Assembly: GCA_034439575.1 (NCBI GenBank)
Contig: JAWXAQ010000022.1
Span: 99,684-163,683, forward strand
Direction of reading: 5' to 3'
DNA: 64,000 nt
Origin: Leptospira sp.
GTDB taxonomy: Bacteria > Spirochaetota > Leptospiria > Leptospirales > Leptospiraceae
Shown here: positions 22,513-31,727 of the stretch, one piece after another
How the letters are laid out: every line of letters begins with the position of its first letter
Numbering within the stretch: position 1 is the first letter of the stretch
Translations under genes and position numbers: made by a program
Notes under the pieces: generated by a model
The model's database searches: none
What the model was told of the DNA's origin: nothing
Seen by the model: the letters and a program-made list of their open reading frames with translations, nothing else

Positions 22513-23898
22513 TTGAGAGATTTATTAAAAGAGTGTTTGGTGGAAGAAAGTGGCTTTGTGGAATTACGTTATCATCATAAAGAAAATCGATCTTTTTTTG
22601 CTGAGAAAGGTAGAATTGAATCAACGGGTCTACGCAAAAGAAGTGGTATAGGCGTACGTGTGTTACATGATGGGACGTGGGGATTTGCCTCCACAAGTGA
22701 GATATCAAAATCATCCATCCAAAATGCAATACGTATTGCAAAACAAGCTGCTGGTATCTCGGCTCCCTTACGCGGGGAAAAAATAGAAAGTTTACCAAAG
22801 GCAAATTTTGCGAAAGGTGATTTTATCGGTGATGGCATTGATGATTTTCGTAATAAGACGGTAGAAGAAAAGTTAAACTTTGTTTTAAAAATTCAGGAAA
22901 GCGCACAAAAGAGTTCTACATTTTTGCAATCTGTCGGTTGCGGTTATTCTGAAATTTATGAAGAAAAGGCCATTGTGACAACTGATGGAGCAGATAGTTT
23001 TTTTAGTATGGTGAGACCTGAGTTTCGGGTCAATGCTGTCGCAAACCTGGGTGGCAAATTGGAATCTGGTTCTGAATCTATTGGCGTTACTGGGGGTTGG
23101 GATTGTCTGTTTAAAAACAAATCTGCCCTTCAAATTTCTGAAGATGCATGTAAAACAGCCATTGATCTTTTACAATCGGAAATGCCAAATGGGGGCCTAT
23201 CGACAGTTATATTATCCCCATCCATAGTCGGCCTTCTTGTTCATGAAGCGATTGGTCATACTGTTGAGGCTGATTTTGTTTTAGCTGGCAGTGTGGCGAA
23301 GGGAAAAATCGGGACTCGAGTGGGATCCGACTTGGTTTCGTTATGTGATTCTGGGGTTTCCGAATACTACCTTGGCGCAGGTGGGACAATACCTGTGGAT
23401 GATGAGGGTGTGATTCCTGAAAAAACAATGATCATCCAAGATGGTATTTTGAAATCGTATCTTCATAACCGTGAAACAGCACAAAGGTTTAATGTGAAAC
23501 CAACTGGATCAGCCAGAGCCTGGGAATATTCAGATGTGCCTCTCATTCGAATGAGAAATACGTATCTACTCCCTGGTGAATCTTCGTTAGATGAAATGAT
23601 TGCAAATACGAAAGATGGGTATTATTTGGATGGGGCCAAAAATGGCCAAGCAGACGCGACAGGCGAATTTATGTTTGCCGTTCAAAAAGCCTATCGCATC
23701 CAAAATGGAAAGATCACAAATCTTTTGAAAGGTGTCACAGTATCTGGAATTGCTTTTGATGTATTACAATCCATAGATATGGTTTCCAAGGAATTCAAAT
23801 GGGATCTTGGTTCTGGTCACTGTGGCAAAGGTCAACCCGCCAAAGTAGACGCTGGTGGACCTTATATTCGTGCCAAAGTTTTGTTAGGTGGAAATTGA
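22513..23898 (+). CDS. tldD: TldD family metalloprotease
   Basis: GIGVRV...WGFAST, HEAIGHTVEAD, DDEG, IRMRNTY, CGKGQ. Confidence 0.92.
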   Translation: MRDLLKECLVEESGFVELRYHHKENRSFFAEKGRIESTGLRKRSGIGVRVLHDGTWGFASTSEISKSSIQNAIRIAKQAAGISAPLRGEKIESLPKANFAKGDFIGDGIDDFRNKTVEEKLNFVLKIQESAQKSSTFLQSVGCGYSEIYEEKAIVTTDGADSFFSMVRPEFRVNAVANLGGKLESGSESIGVTGGWDCLFKNKSALQISEDACKTAIDLLQSEMPNGGLSTVILSPSIVGLLVHEAIGHTVEADFVLAGSVAKGKIGTRVGSDLVSLCDSGVSEYYLGAGGTIPVDDEGVIPEKTMIIQDGILKSYLHNRETAQRFNVKPTGSARAWEYSDVPLIRMRNTYLLPGESSLDEMIANTKDGYYLDGAKNGQADATGEFMFAVQKAYRIQNGKITNLLKGVTVSGIAFDVLQSIDMVSKEFKWDLGSGHCGKGQPAKVDAGGPYIRAKVLLGGN

Positions 23899-25280
23899 TG
23901 GATAAGTCTACTCTAGAAGAAAAGATTTCTTCTCAACGTGATTTGCTTGATGGTTTGATTAAAAAAGCAAAAACGAATGGTATCGATCAAGTTGAAATAT
24001 ATTCAAGTTATGGTTATTCGGAAGATGTTAGCTTAGAAAAAAATGATCTGAACAATTGCACCGCGACAGAAGAAAATATGTTCGGGATACGAGTGATTGA
24101 AAACGGATCACAAGGGTTTATCACAACCAATCACCTGCCCACTCTTTGGGATTCAATTTTGGAAGCGAGAAGTCTTGCAATGAGCCAAACTACACCTGAT
24201 CCGAGTTTGGTTCTTCCTGAACCTAGAGTATTGAATTCTATTCCGAATCAGTATGATATATCTATCGATTCTCTCGGTTTAACTGATCTTGTTAAGATTG
24301 CCAAAGAGACCTTGGAAAGAAAAAAATCAGAGTATCCTTTGGTAAATATAGATTCTGGAGATATGTCTTTATCCAAAGGATATAAAATGATCCTTTCGAC
24401 GAAGGGAGTTTTTGGAGTGGAACTTGGTGCCGATATTTCTGCCTCCATTATGGGAATGGCAGTCAATGGTGATGATATCGGAAGTTTTGATTATGATTCG
24501 GCTTCTGGAAATAATTTAGCTCACTTTTTGAAACGATGGGATCTAGCCTTTAAACAGTTTGGTGATAAATGTATGGGCGCCCTCGGAGCAAAAACCATAT
24601 CCAGCTTTAAAGGAAAAGTTTTATTGCCACCGGATGCCGTTTATTCTTTTTTTCTTGGTTCTTTTCTCGGCGCTTTAAACGGAACAAGTTTAAGAAAGGG
24701 CAAAAGCAAAATGGCTGGAAAAATTGGCCAAAAAGTAGCCGATAAAAAATTATCGATATGGGAAGATCCAACAATCGATGGTTATGCGAGTACTACTGCT
24801 TTTGACAGAGAAGGCCAACCCACTAAAAAACAAAATATTTTAAGCGAAGGCGTATTAGAAACTTACTTTTATAATACCTATGAAGCAAAAAAAGCGGGTC
24901 TAAAAGAATCAAACGGTTTTGCCAGTGGTGGAGCGCAAAGCCTACCAGGATGTGGCCCTCGGCAATTGCAAATTGCACCAGGTATTTCAAATAAAGATGA
25001 TTTTTTCAAATTGAATGAGAAAGTTTTATATATAAATCGTATTTCAGGTACGAGTGATGGTCCATCGGGAGATTTTTCTGGGGTAATCAAAGGTGGATTT
25101 TTAATTGAGAATGGAGAAAAAATTCCCATCAAAGAAGCACAAATTGTGGGAAATGTTTATGATACTTTAAATCAAATCGAAGCCATTTCCAAAGAAGGAG
25201 AATTGCTCGGAGAATCTTATTTTGCTCCATATATGTTGTTAGACGGTTTCAGTATCACTGGCGTCTCAAATGGCAACTAA
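23898..25280 (+). CDS. pmbA: PmbA/TldE family protein (start re-assigned to ATG 23898)
   Basis: GIRVI, FDREG, SGDFSG; no HExxH; TGATG coupling to tldD. Confidence 0.88.
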   Translation: MDKSTLEEKISSQRDLLDGLIKKAKTNGIDQVEIYSSYGYSEDVSLEKNDLNNCTATEENMFGIRVIENGSQGFITTNHLPTLWDSILEARSLAMSQTTPDPSLVLPEPRVLNSIPNQYDISIDSLGLTDLVKIAKETLERKKSEYPLVNIDSGDMSLSKGYKMILSTKGVFGVELGADISASIMGMAVNGDDIGSFDYDSASGNNLAHFLKRWDLAFKQFGDKCMGALGAKTISSFKGKVLLPPDAVYSFFLGSFLGALNGTSLRKGKSKMAGKIGQKVADKKLSIWEDPTIDGYASTTAFDREGQPTKKQNILSEGVLETYFYNTYEAKKAGLKESNGFASGGAQSLPGCGPRQLQIAPGISNKDDFFKLNEKVLYINRISGTSDGPSGDFSGVIKGGFLIENGEKIPIKEAQIVGNVYDTLNQIEAISKEGELLGESYFAPYMLLDGFSITGVSNGN

Positions 25281-25818
25281 TTCGTATCAATTAGAAACTT
25301 TGGAGCGCCCCCTCGGTGCTTCGTTTTTTTTAATTTGTTCATTTCAAAATGATGATTCCTATTACGAATTAAAATCACTCACAGAAAAAAAATTCTCAAA
25401 AACAATCTTTGAATCAAATGTTTTGCCCAAATGGGAGTTAGATGAAGTAGAAAGGCTCAGTCAAATTCCAGGAAAACAGACTAGAATTTTATCTTTTATG
25501 CGGCGAATTCATAGAGAGGAGCTAGCTCAAATTAAAAAAGAATGTTTAGAAATTCAAAATAGTTTTCAAAAAGATGATCCTTTTTTTCGATTGATTCCTG
25601 GTTATTTGACATCGCATAACGTAGTGATAGCGCAGTCAAAAGATGATTTTCATAGAATCTATTTATTTACTGGCGTGTATGGAGAAATAGTCTATATATT
25701 TCATAAAGGTAAATTTTCTGTTTTGGATACAGCACCTGGATTTTTTAAACAGAAAGAAGCACTTTATTTTTTCAGCAATTTGCGTGAATCATATGAATAC
25801 AATAAATTCAAAGACTAA
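25270..25818 (+). CDS. DUF4416-like hypothetical protein
   Basis: RILSF...IHREELAQIK, PGYLT...V.A..KD..HRIYL..GVYGE. Confidence 0.65.
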   Translation: MATNSYQLETLERPLGASFFLICSFQNDDSYYELKSLTEKKFSKTIFESNVLPKWELDEVERLSQIPGKQTRILSFMRRIHREELAQIKKECLEIQNSFQKDDPFFRLIPGYLTSHNVVIAQSKDDFHRIYLFTGVYGEIVYIFHKGKFSVLDTAPGFFKQKEALYFFSNLRESYEYNKFKD

Positions 25819-26383
25819 TTGGTCTAAACTTCCTACACTATTTTTTGCTTTTATCTTCACTATAACTATTGTTATCAATTGTAATCCACAAACCAATCAA
25901 GAACTTAGAATTTCCAATGTTCAGTTATGTGATAATTTTGATTTAGCCGCACATTGCACAGAACCGAAACCAGAAAAAGGAATCGTCACATTAAAACCGA
26001 CTAGTTCTGGAAAAGAAAAATTAACTTGGGAAAATTTTGGAAATTATTTGTATTTTACTGCGAGAGAAACTCCAGGATTTGTCATTCAATTTTCTAGACC
26101 ATTATCGCCTGCTGAAAAAAAAGAAATTACTTCCAAGTATGTAGCTTATATCTATTTGGGAGATACAAAAGAAAAAATGGAGGGCTTTGAAATGGGAGAT
26201 GATTCTCTCGCCTCCTTTCATTACTTAGGTGCTTTATTAAAAGAAGCAAAACGACACAGCCACGATTATAACAAAAAGCCCGATTTTGATAACTTAAAAC
26301 CCCTACTGATCCAATTCGAATACCAAATTTCTCCTGTTATAAAGGGAACTTTACAAAGAGAAATATCCTTCACTTGGTTATGA
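25784..26383 (+). CDS. Hypothetical lipoprotein
   Basis: Signal peptide with lipobox-like IVINC. Confidence 0.6.
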   Translation: MNHMNTINSKTNWSKLPTLFFAFIFTITIVINCNPQTNQELRISNVQLCDNFDLAAHCTEPKPEKGIVTLKPTSSGKEKLTWENFGNYLYFTARETPGFVIQFSRPLSPAEKKEITSKYVAYIYLGDTKEKMEGFEMGDDSLASFHYLGALLKEAKRHSHDYNKKPDFDNLKPLLIQFEYQISPVIKGTLQREISFTWL

Positions 26384-26384
26384 A

Positions 26385-27137
26385 TTATTTCGTTAAATAA
26401 AGATTAGTTGGGTTAAATAGAATTTGATCCATTGGAATTCCGGAAATCAAAAACAAAGATACGGCAAGTGTTAAGGCACCTGCAATTGGTATCAAAAGAT
26501 TGTCGTCTATAAGACCATTGGTGCTAGTGGTAGAAAAAAATTCCGTCAAACAAGAAGCTGTGACCCCGAACGCTACGAGTAAAATCGGATACAAACGGAA
26601 GTTACTTCCATCCTTTAGACTAAAGGCACTATTTGGGTGCGAGATCGTAATCAAATATAAAACGATAACGCCCACGAGAAATGCGGCTAGAGAAAATCCG
26701 ATGATTCCTTCTCTTGACTTTCCATTATAGAATCTATTTTTTCCAAATCTGGAACCTATATATGCGGCCGTTGGATCACCGACCACTAAAAATAGGATGG
26801 ATAAAACCGCGATTTCGGGGGAAAAGAAAAGGACTACGATAAAGTTTGCCAAAAAATAAGGAACCGTTCCATTGAAACGTGTTCTTTCTGATTCCTTCAT
26901 TAAAAATCCAAAGTATTTAAAGAAAAAATTTTCAAAGGCAGTCACTTTCAATCGAAACATTTCCAATACCAAGAGTAAAACGAGAAAAATACCCAAATAA
27001 GTTACGATCATAGCGCGGGTCGCGTATAAGAGATCGGACCAGCCAGAAAAAATATCAAAATACAAACTGATCGGGATAATGAGTCCTAAAATATGCCAGA
27101 CTTTTCTTAAAAAATTAAACCCATATTGATTTTCCAT
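26385..27137 (-). CDS. Dolichol/phytol kinase-like (CTP-transferase family) membrane protein
   Basis: RKVWH, GDPTAAYIGSRFGK, KSREG, DDNLLIP. Confidence 0.85.
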   Translation of the reverse strand: MENQYGFNFLRKVWHILGLIIPISLYFDIFSGWSDLLYATRAMIVTYLGIFLVLLLVLEMFRLKVTAFENFFFKYFGFLMKESERTRFNGTVPYFLANFIVVLFFSPEIAVLSILFLVVGDPTAAYIGSRFGKNRFYNGKSREGIIGFSLAAFLVGVIVLYLITISHPNSAFSLKDGSNFRLYPILLVAFGVTASCLTEFFSTTSTNGLIDDNLLIPIAGALTLAVSLFLISGIPMDQILFNPTNLYLTK

Positions 27138-27140
27138 ACC

Positions 27141-27497
27141 TTAACGAACTCCTCTCGAGGCCATTTTAAAGGCTCCCTCTTCATTTGTTGCCACTGGGAA
27201 TAAATTTTTGATTCCCGCCATTTGGAATGCCTGCCTGACTGAGACAGGAATATTGATTAAGACGATTTTGTGTTTTTGGAGGAAGGATTCTTCACTGAGT
27301 GTTCTAAATGCTTGGATCCCTTGAGTCGTGACCATATTTAACTCCTCCAAATCTAAAATCACAGATCCATGTTTGAGGGATGAGGCAACAGACAATACAC
27401 ACTTTTTCGCAGTGAAATTATTAAGATTTCCTTGCAATTTAGTAACATAGACCGTATCGATTTTTTCTGTAGCTACGACTAGGTCATCAAGACTCAT
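27141..27497 (-). CDS. STAS domain anti-sigma factor antagonist-like protein
   Basis: LQGNLN, VILDLEEL..VTTQGI, V.QAFQMAG...LF. Confidence 0.85.
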   Translation of the reverse strand: MSLDDLVVATEKIDTVYVTKLQGNLNNFTAKKCVLSVASSLKHGSVILDLEELNMVTTQGIQAFRTLSEESFLQKHKIVLINIPVSVRQAFQMAGIKNLFPVATNEEGAFKMASRGVR

Positions 27498-27571
27498 AAT
27501 TTTTTGCCCTTTTCATTTTTCATTCTTGCGCTGATTGGCAAGTAAATAAAAAGTTTTGGAAGGAGACTTGT

Positions 27572-27886
27572 TTGAAGGCGAAAGTTGCACACCTCTTTAA
27601 AAAATTAGAAGAAATCGAACGAGATACAGTGGAATTAAAAAAACTGACTGATCGCATTTCCGATGATCGCGAGTATTCTCCCATTTTAAAAGAAAGTTTT
27701 CTATCCGAGATGCATAAACTCGAAGAACAAAAGATAGATATTCTTAAGGTTACTGTAACTCAAGTCCCGCAAAGCCTAAGCCAAAAATCGGAACTTCAAA
27801 GTTTGGAATCACAACCTCTTCCTGTAACAGAGATTTCACCAAACCTAGACAAAAAAAAGCCCGAAAAACAAATTCGCAAGTATTGA
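27572..27886 (+). CDS. Hypothetical coiled-coil protein
   Basis: AGGAG RBS before TTG; charged helical sequence. Confidence 0.6.
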   Translation: MKAKVAHLFKKLEEIERDTVELKKLTDRISDDREYSPILKESFLSEMHKLEEQKIDILKVTVTQVPQSLSQKSELQSLESQPLPVTEISPNLDKKKPEKQIRKY

Positions 27887-27922
27887 TCTTCTCTCCATTG
27901 ATAAAATATTTAAGGAAAACAA

Positions 27923-29434
27923 ATGAATCTTAAAAAGAAAATATGCCAATTATTGGTATTGTCTGCTATTTGTATTAGCATTAACAATTGTTCGGGTGAC
28001 TCGGAAATCCTTGCCACTTATGATGGTGGAACTGTGACTCGTGGGGAACTCAATTTTGTAATTGAAGCATCCAAACGTGGAAATAATGAACCACAACCTA
28101 TAAGTACAGAAATCCAAACAAAAATTGTCGAAAGCATCGCACTCGAAAAAATTCTATTACGTGACAGTGTGCAGACAAAAAAAATTGAGCAAGCTGACAT
28201 AGATAAAATTGAAGCATTGGTTTCTGATTTTGTGAAACTCAATATCTATATGAGAAATTATGTAAAATCGGCTATGAAATCAAAGCCTTTAGAATTTGTA
28301 GATTTACAAATATCGATCATTCGCGGCGAAGACGGAAAAGCGAACGAAGCTAAGGCGGACGAAGTATTCAAAAAATTGCAATCTGCTTCTAAATCCGAAA
28401 TTGATACCATCATTACAGAAACAACAGATGATGTAGGAAGAAAACCTGTTGCTGGGAAACTAGAACCGTTTTGTGTAAATTGTAGTACTAATCCACTAGA
28501 AGATATCATTGGTGAGGCAAAAAAAGTAAGCCAAGGAAAATTTGTAAAATTTTTCAAAGACCCACAGATGATTTACCTTGTTAGGATTACAAATACAGAA
28601 AAAGTAAATCCCGCAAGAGTTCCAAAATATTATACTGATACATTTAAATATTTTTCTGAACTAGCAACTGAATATGGAAAAACGCATACCGACGAACAGA
28701 TGCAAAATGCGATCAAGTATTTTACAGAAGGGGATCACGGGAACAAAGGAAATCAATTCGCAGGGCAAATGTTAAAACAATTTGAACAAGGTTTGTACCA
28801 AAACGAATTAAATCGTATCAAAGAAGCCTCAGGTATTGCTGTTAGCAACTTACCTCCCGTATATGGTCCAGAACAAATTGATATCAAAGAATTCCCTGGT
28901 GATTTAGTATTATTAACAAATAAAGATAAAACAACATACAAGTGGAGTGATTTAGATAATGATTTCGCTTCTCTTCCAAAAACTCTAAAATCCGATTATA
29001 AAGATCCAAAAGCAAAAATTTTCGATATGTTGAAATTATTTCAGTCTACAATTCTCCAAGGAAAAATTTCAAAAGTAAGCCCTGAAGTGCAAAAGGTTGG
29101 TTCAGAAGTTGCGTATAAAATGCAATTAGATAAAATGAAAGTATCTCTTGCACTTAAAGCATTACAAGATGAGATCAATGCTGTACCTGTAACTGTCACT
29201 GAACAACAAATGAAAGATACTTACGAAGCTGGAAAATTATATGCGTATTCTTTGGAAGATCCAAAAAATCCATCGAATCGAATTCCACAAACTTATGGAC
29301 AAGTAAGGGACAGGATCAAATCAGAATTGGAAAATTCGCAAAGAAATTCTTTTATAGAAAAGAAAGTAGAAGCTATGAAATCTACTTATAATTTAACGAT
29401 TGATCCTAGTCGCCTAAAAGAAGTTACTTTATAA
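27923..29434 (+). CDS. Putative lipoprotein, PrsA/PpiC foldase-like
   Basis: Lipobox-like INNC; ILATYDGGTVTRGEL N-terminus and TYGQVRDRIKSEL...KSTYNLTID C-terminus resemble PrsA/SurA arms. Confidence 0.55.
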   Translation: MNLKKKICQLLVLSAICISINNCSGDSEILATYDGGTVTRGELNFVIEASKRGNNEPQPISTEIQTKIVESIALEKILLRDSVQTKKIEQADIDKIEALVSDFVKLNIYMRNYVKSAMKSKPLEFVDLQISIIRGEDGKANEAKADEVFKKLQSASKSEIDTIITETTDDVGRKPVAGKLEPFCVNCSTNPLEDIIGEAKKVSQGKFVKFFKDPQMIYLVRITNTEKVNPARVPKYYTDTFKYFSELATEYGKTHTDEQMQNAIKYFTEGDHGNKGNQFAGQMLKQFEQGLYQNELNRIKEASGIAVSNLPPVYGPEQIDIKEFPGDLVLLTNKDKTTYKWSDLDNDFASLPKTLKSDYKDPKAKIFDMLKLFQSTILQGKISKVSPEVQKVGSEVAYKMQLDKMKVSLALKALQDEINAVPVTVTEQQMKDTYEAGKLYAYSLEDPKNPSNRIPQTYGQVRDRIKSELENSQRNSFIEKKVEAMKSTYNLTIDPSRLKEVTL

Positions 29435-29507
29435 TAAAAGAATCCTATTTGTCATTTTTTAGTTGAGTTTTGACATGGTTGACATATCTTGACTGTTAGA
29501 GGGTAAA

Positions 29508-29927
29508 ATGAATAACCACATTTACATGTTAAGAAAAAAACGAGGTGTAAAACAGTATGATATGGCAAGAGCCCTTGACGTATCACCAAGTTACCTCTCG
29601 AAAATTGAGACAGGTGCTCAAGACCCAACTGAAAAATTTAAAGTAGCGTGTGCTAAATATTTGAAAACGACTGTAGATAAACTTTTTAATGAGAGTGCTG
29701 TGGAAGCAATTTTTCCTGAATTTACGACAGGCTTAAAAAATAAACTTTGGGCAGTTCGTCGTGAAATGGGAATCAAACAGTATGATTTTGCTAAAAAATT
29801 AAAAGTATCCACACCTTTTTTATCAAAGGTGGAACTTGGTCTACTTGATCCTCCAGAACAATTCAAGTCTCTTGCTTCAAAAGCTTTGAAGATGAGCAAA
29901 AACGAATTATTTCTCGGATCAAAATAA
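29508..29927 (+). CDS. Transcriptional regulator with two tandem XRE/Cro HTH domains
   Basis: Internal duplication: RKKRGVKQYDMARALDVSPSYLSKIETG and RREMGIKQYDFAKKLKVSTPFLSKVELG. Confidence 0.92.
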   Translation: MNNHIYMLRKKRGVKQYDMARALDVSPSYLSKIETGAQDPTEKFKVACAKYLKTTVDKLFNESAVEAIFPEFTTGLKNKLWAVRREMGIKQYDFAKKLKVSTPFLSKVELGLLDPPEQFKSLASKALKMSKNELFLGSK

Positions 29928-29939
29928 ATTCTCAATTTG

Positions 29940-29969
29940 AAAGCAGGGCTTTATTTTAGCCCTGTTTTT
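29940..29969 (+). terminator. Rho-independent terminator
   Basis: CAGGGCT-TTATTTT-AGCCCTG followed by a T-tract. Confidence 0.75.
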
Positions 29970-30028
29970 CTCCCCCACTTCTAAAAAAACTTTGTATTCT
30001 ACTCTCCTTTGCCTGAGATAGTCCTTGA

Positions 30029-31618
30029 ATGAAACAGACGGAAGAAGGATGGGCCACTCGGATAGGATTGATTCTTGCAGTTGCAAGCGGTGCCATCGGT
30101 CTAGGTAATTTTCTTCGTTTTCCAGGGCAAGCTGCTCAGAACGGTGGCGGTGCCTTTATGGTTCCCTATATCATCAGTTTTATCATTCTCGGAATTCCCG
30201 TTTGTATGGCAGAATGGTCGATGGGCAGAATGGGTGGCCATCACGGACATAGCCTACCCTTTGTATTCAAAGAATACCTAAAAGGTTATTCGCTAAAAAT
30301 CACAGGTGCTATTGGAGTCATGGTTCCTGTGATGATCTATGTATATTATATATTCATAGAATCATGGTGTCTTGCCTATGTGTATTATTTTCTGACGGGT
30401 GGATTGGATATTTCCTCTGCGAAAGGAGTATTGAACCAACAAGAAGTGATCAATGTTTCTTCGGATTTTTTTATGAATCTAACGGGCGCTAAAGAGAATG
30501 GTGCTTCTTTTCAGAGTCCCATCATATTGTTTTTTATATTATGTTTTTTGTTTAATTTTATTCTCGTTTATCGCGGATTATCAAAAGGTCTCGAAGCATT
30601 TGCAAAATTAGCGATGCCACTCATGGGATTTTGTTCCATCATAGTTCTTGTTCGTGTATTAACTATACCAGGGATTGAATCTGGCTTAGCTGTTATGTGG
30701 AATCCGGATTGGTCTGCACTCAAAGAACCAAAAGTTTGGCTAAATGCGGCAGGGCAAATTTTTTTCTCATTGTCTACAGGTTTTGGGATAGCCATGGTGT
30801 TTTCAAGTTTTTTAAAAAAGAAAGATGATGTTGTACTTTCAAGTCTTGCATCAGCTTCATTAAATGAATTCGCAGAAGTTGTGTTTGGTGGACTCATCAC
30901 TATTCCTGTAGCTTTTTTGTTTTTAGGAGCCACTGTAACTTCTTTTGGAACTTTTGGTATGGGATTTATCGCCTTACCCGCGGTTTTTAGTATGATGCCT
31001 GGTGGAAATATCTTTGGCGCATTATGGTATTTTGTACTATTTTTAGCTGCACTAACTTCTTCCATTACTATGTTACAACCTGGGATTTTATTTTTGGAAG
31101 AAGGCTTCCAATTACCCAAAAAGAAAGCTTCCTTTTTTCTTTTTCTTTTTACCTTTTCACTTTGTTTACCCATCATTTACTTTAACAGGGATTTTGCGGC
31201 CTTAGATATAGCCGATTTTTATATCGGTACTATTATGATTTATGTTTTGGCTACGATTCAGATTTTTGTCTATTTTTTTAAAATTGGTGTGAAACGAGGA
31301 GCTGACGATGCATCCATTGGTTCGATCATCCCTTTTCCTTATATAATCCAAATTATACTTAAATACATTACACCTTGGTTTTTACTGATAGTTTTCGTAT
31401 CCTTTTGTTATTTAAACCTTCCAGAATACCTAGATAAAATGGATGCAGAAAAAATGGGACAAATTGCACTAAACGAAGGCAAAGATGTATTAGTTGCAGA
31501 AGTAAAAGCTAATATATCTAAGTATGTTGGTTTTGCTCTTATCGGAATATTTGCTTTTATTTATTTTTTAGTCCATGTAGCCATCTCGCGTTCGGAAAAA
31601 AAGGAATATGGAAAATAA
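30029..31618 (+). CDS. Sodium-dependent transporter, NSS/SNF (LeuT-like) family
   Basis: WATRIG...AIGLGNFLRFP...NGGGAF, GQIFFSLS, FLAALTSS. Confidence 0.93.
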   Translation: MKQTEEGWATRIGLILAVASGAIGLGNFLRFPGQAAQNGGGAFMVPYIISFIILGIPVCMAEWSMGRMGGHHGHSLPFVFKEYLKGYSLKITGAIGVMVPVMIYVYYIFIESWCLAYVYYFLTGGLDISSAKGVLNQQEVINVSSDFFMNLTGAKENGASFQSPIILFFILCFLFNFILVYRGLSKGLEAFAKLAMPLMGFCSIIVLVRVLTIPGIESGLAVMWNPDWSALKEPKVWLNAAGQIFFSLSTGFGIAMVFSSFLKKKDDVVLSSLASASLNEFAEVVFGGLITIPVAFLFLGATVTSFGTFGMGFIALPAVFSMMPGGNIFGALWYFVLFLAALTSSITMLQPGILFLEEGFQLPKKKASFFLFLFTFSLCLPIIYFNRDFAALDIADFYIGTIMIYVLATIQIFVYFFKIGVKRGADDASIGSIIPFPYIIQIILKYITPWFLLIVFVSFCYLNLPEYLDKMDAEKMGQIALNEGKDVLVAEVKANISKYVGFALIGIFAFIYFLVHVAISRSEKKEYGK

Positions 31619-31724
31619 TATCCAATTCAATTGGCAAGGAATAATGATTATGAGTGTATCTATAACTCTAGTTATATCTCTTAGCCTATTTTGCGTTTAC
31701 CATCTTATAAAAAATAGAGAGTAA
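31608..31724 (+). CDS. Small single-TM protein (38 aa), candidate MetS-like NSS transporter small subunit
   Basis: AAGGA RBS; MENNIQFNWQGIMIMSVSITLVISLSLFCVYHLIKNRE; overlaps the transporter stop and ends 3 nt before dinG. Confidence 0.65.
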   Translation: MENNIQFNWQGIMIMSVSITLVISLSLFCVYHLIKNRE

Positions 31725-31727
31725 GAT

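Noticed and set aside
22513-25280. TldD/PmbA as part of a peptide-antibiotic cluster with the Ser/Cys-rich ORF
   Set aside because: They lie about 12.5 kb apart, tldD/pmbA sits in a housekeeping operon, and no modifying enzymes or exporter are present.
30568-31176. 202-aa minus-strand ORF and similar long antisense ORFs (13879-14349, 17844-18200, 58820-59317)
   Set aside because: Fully nested opposite well-supported genes, with no motifs of their own.
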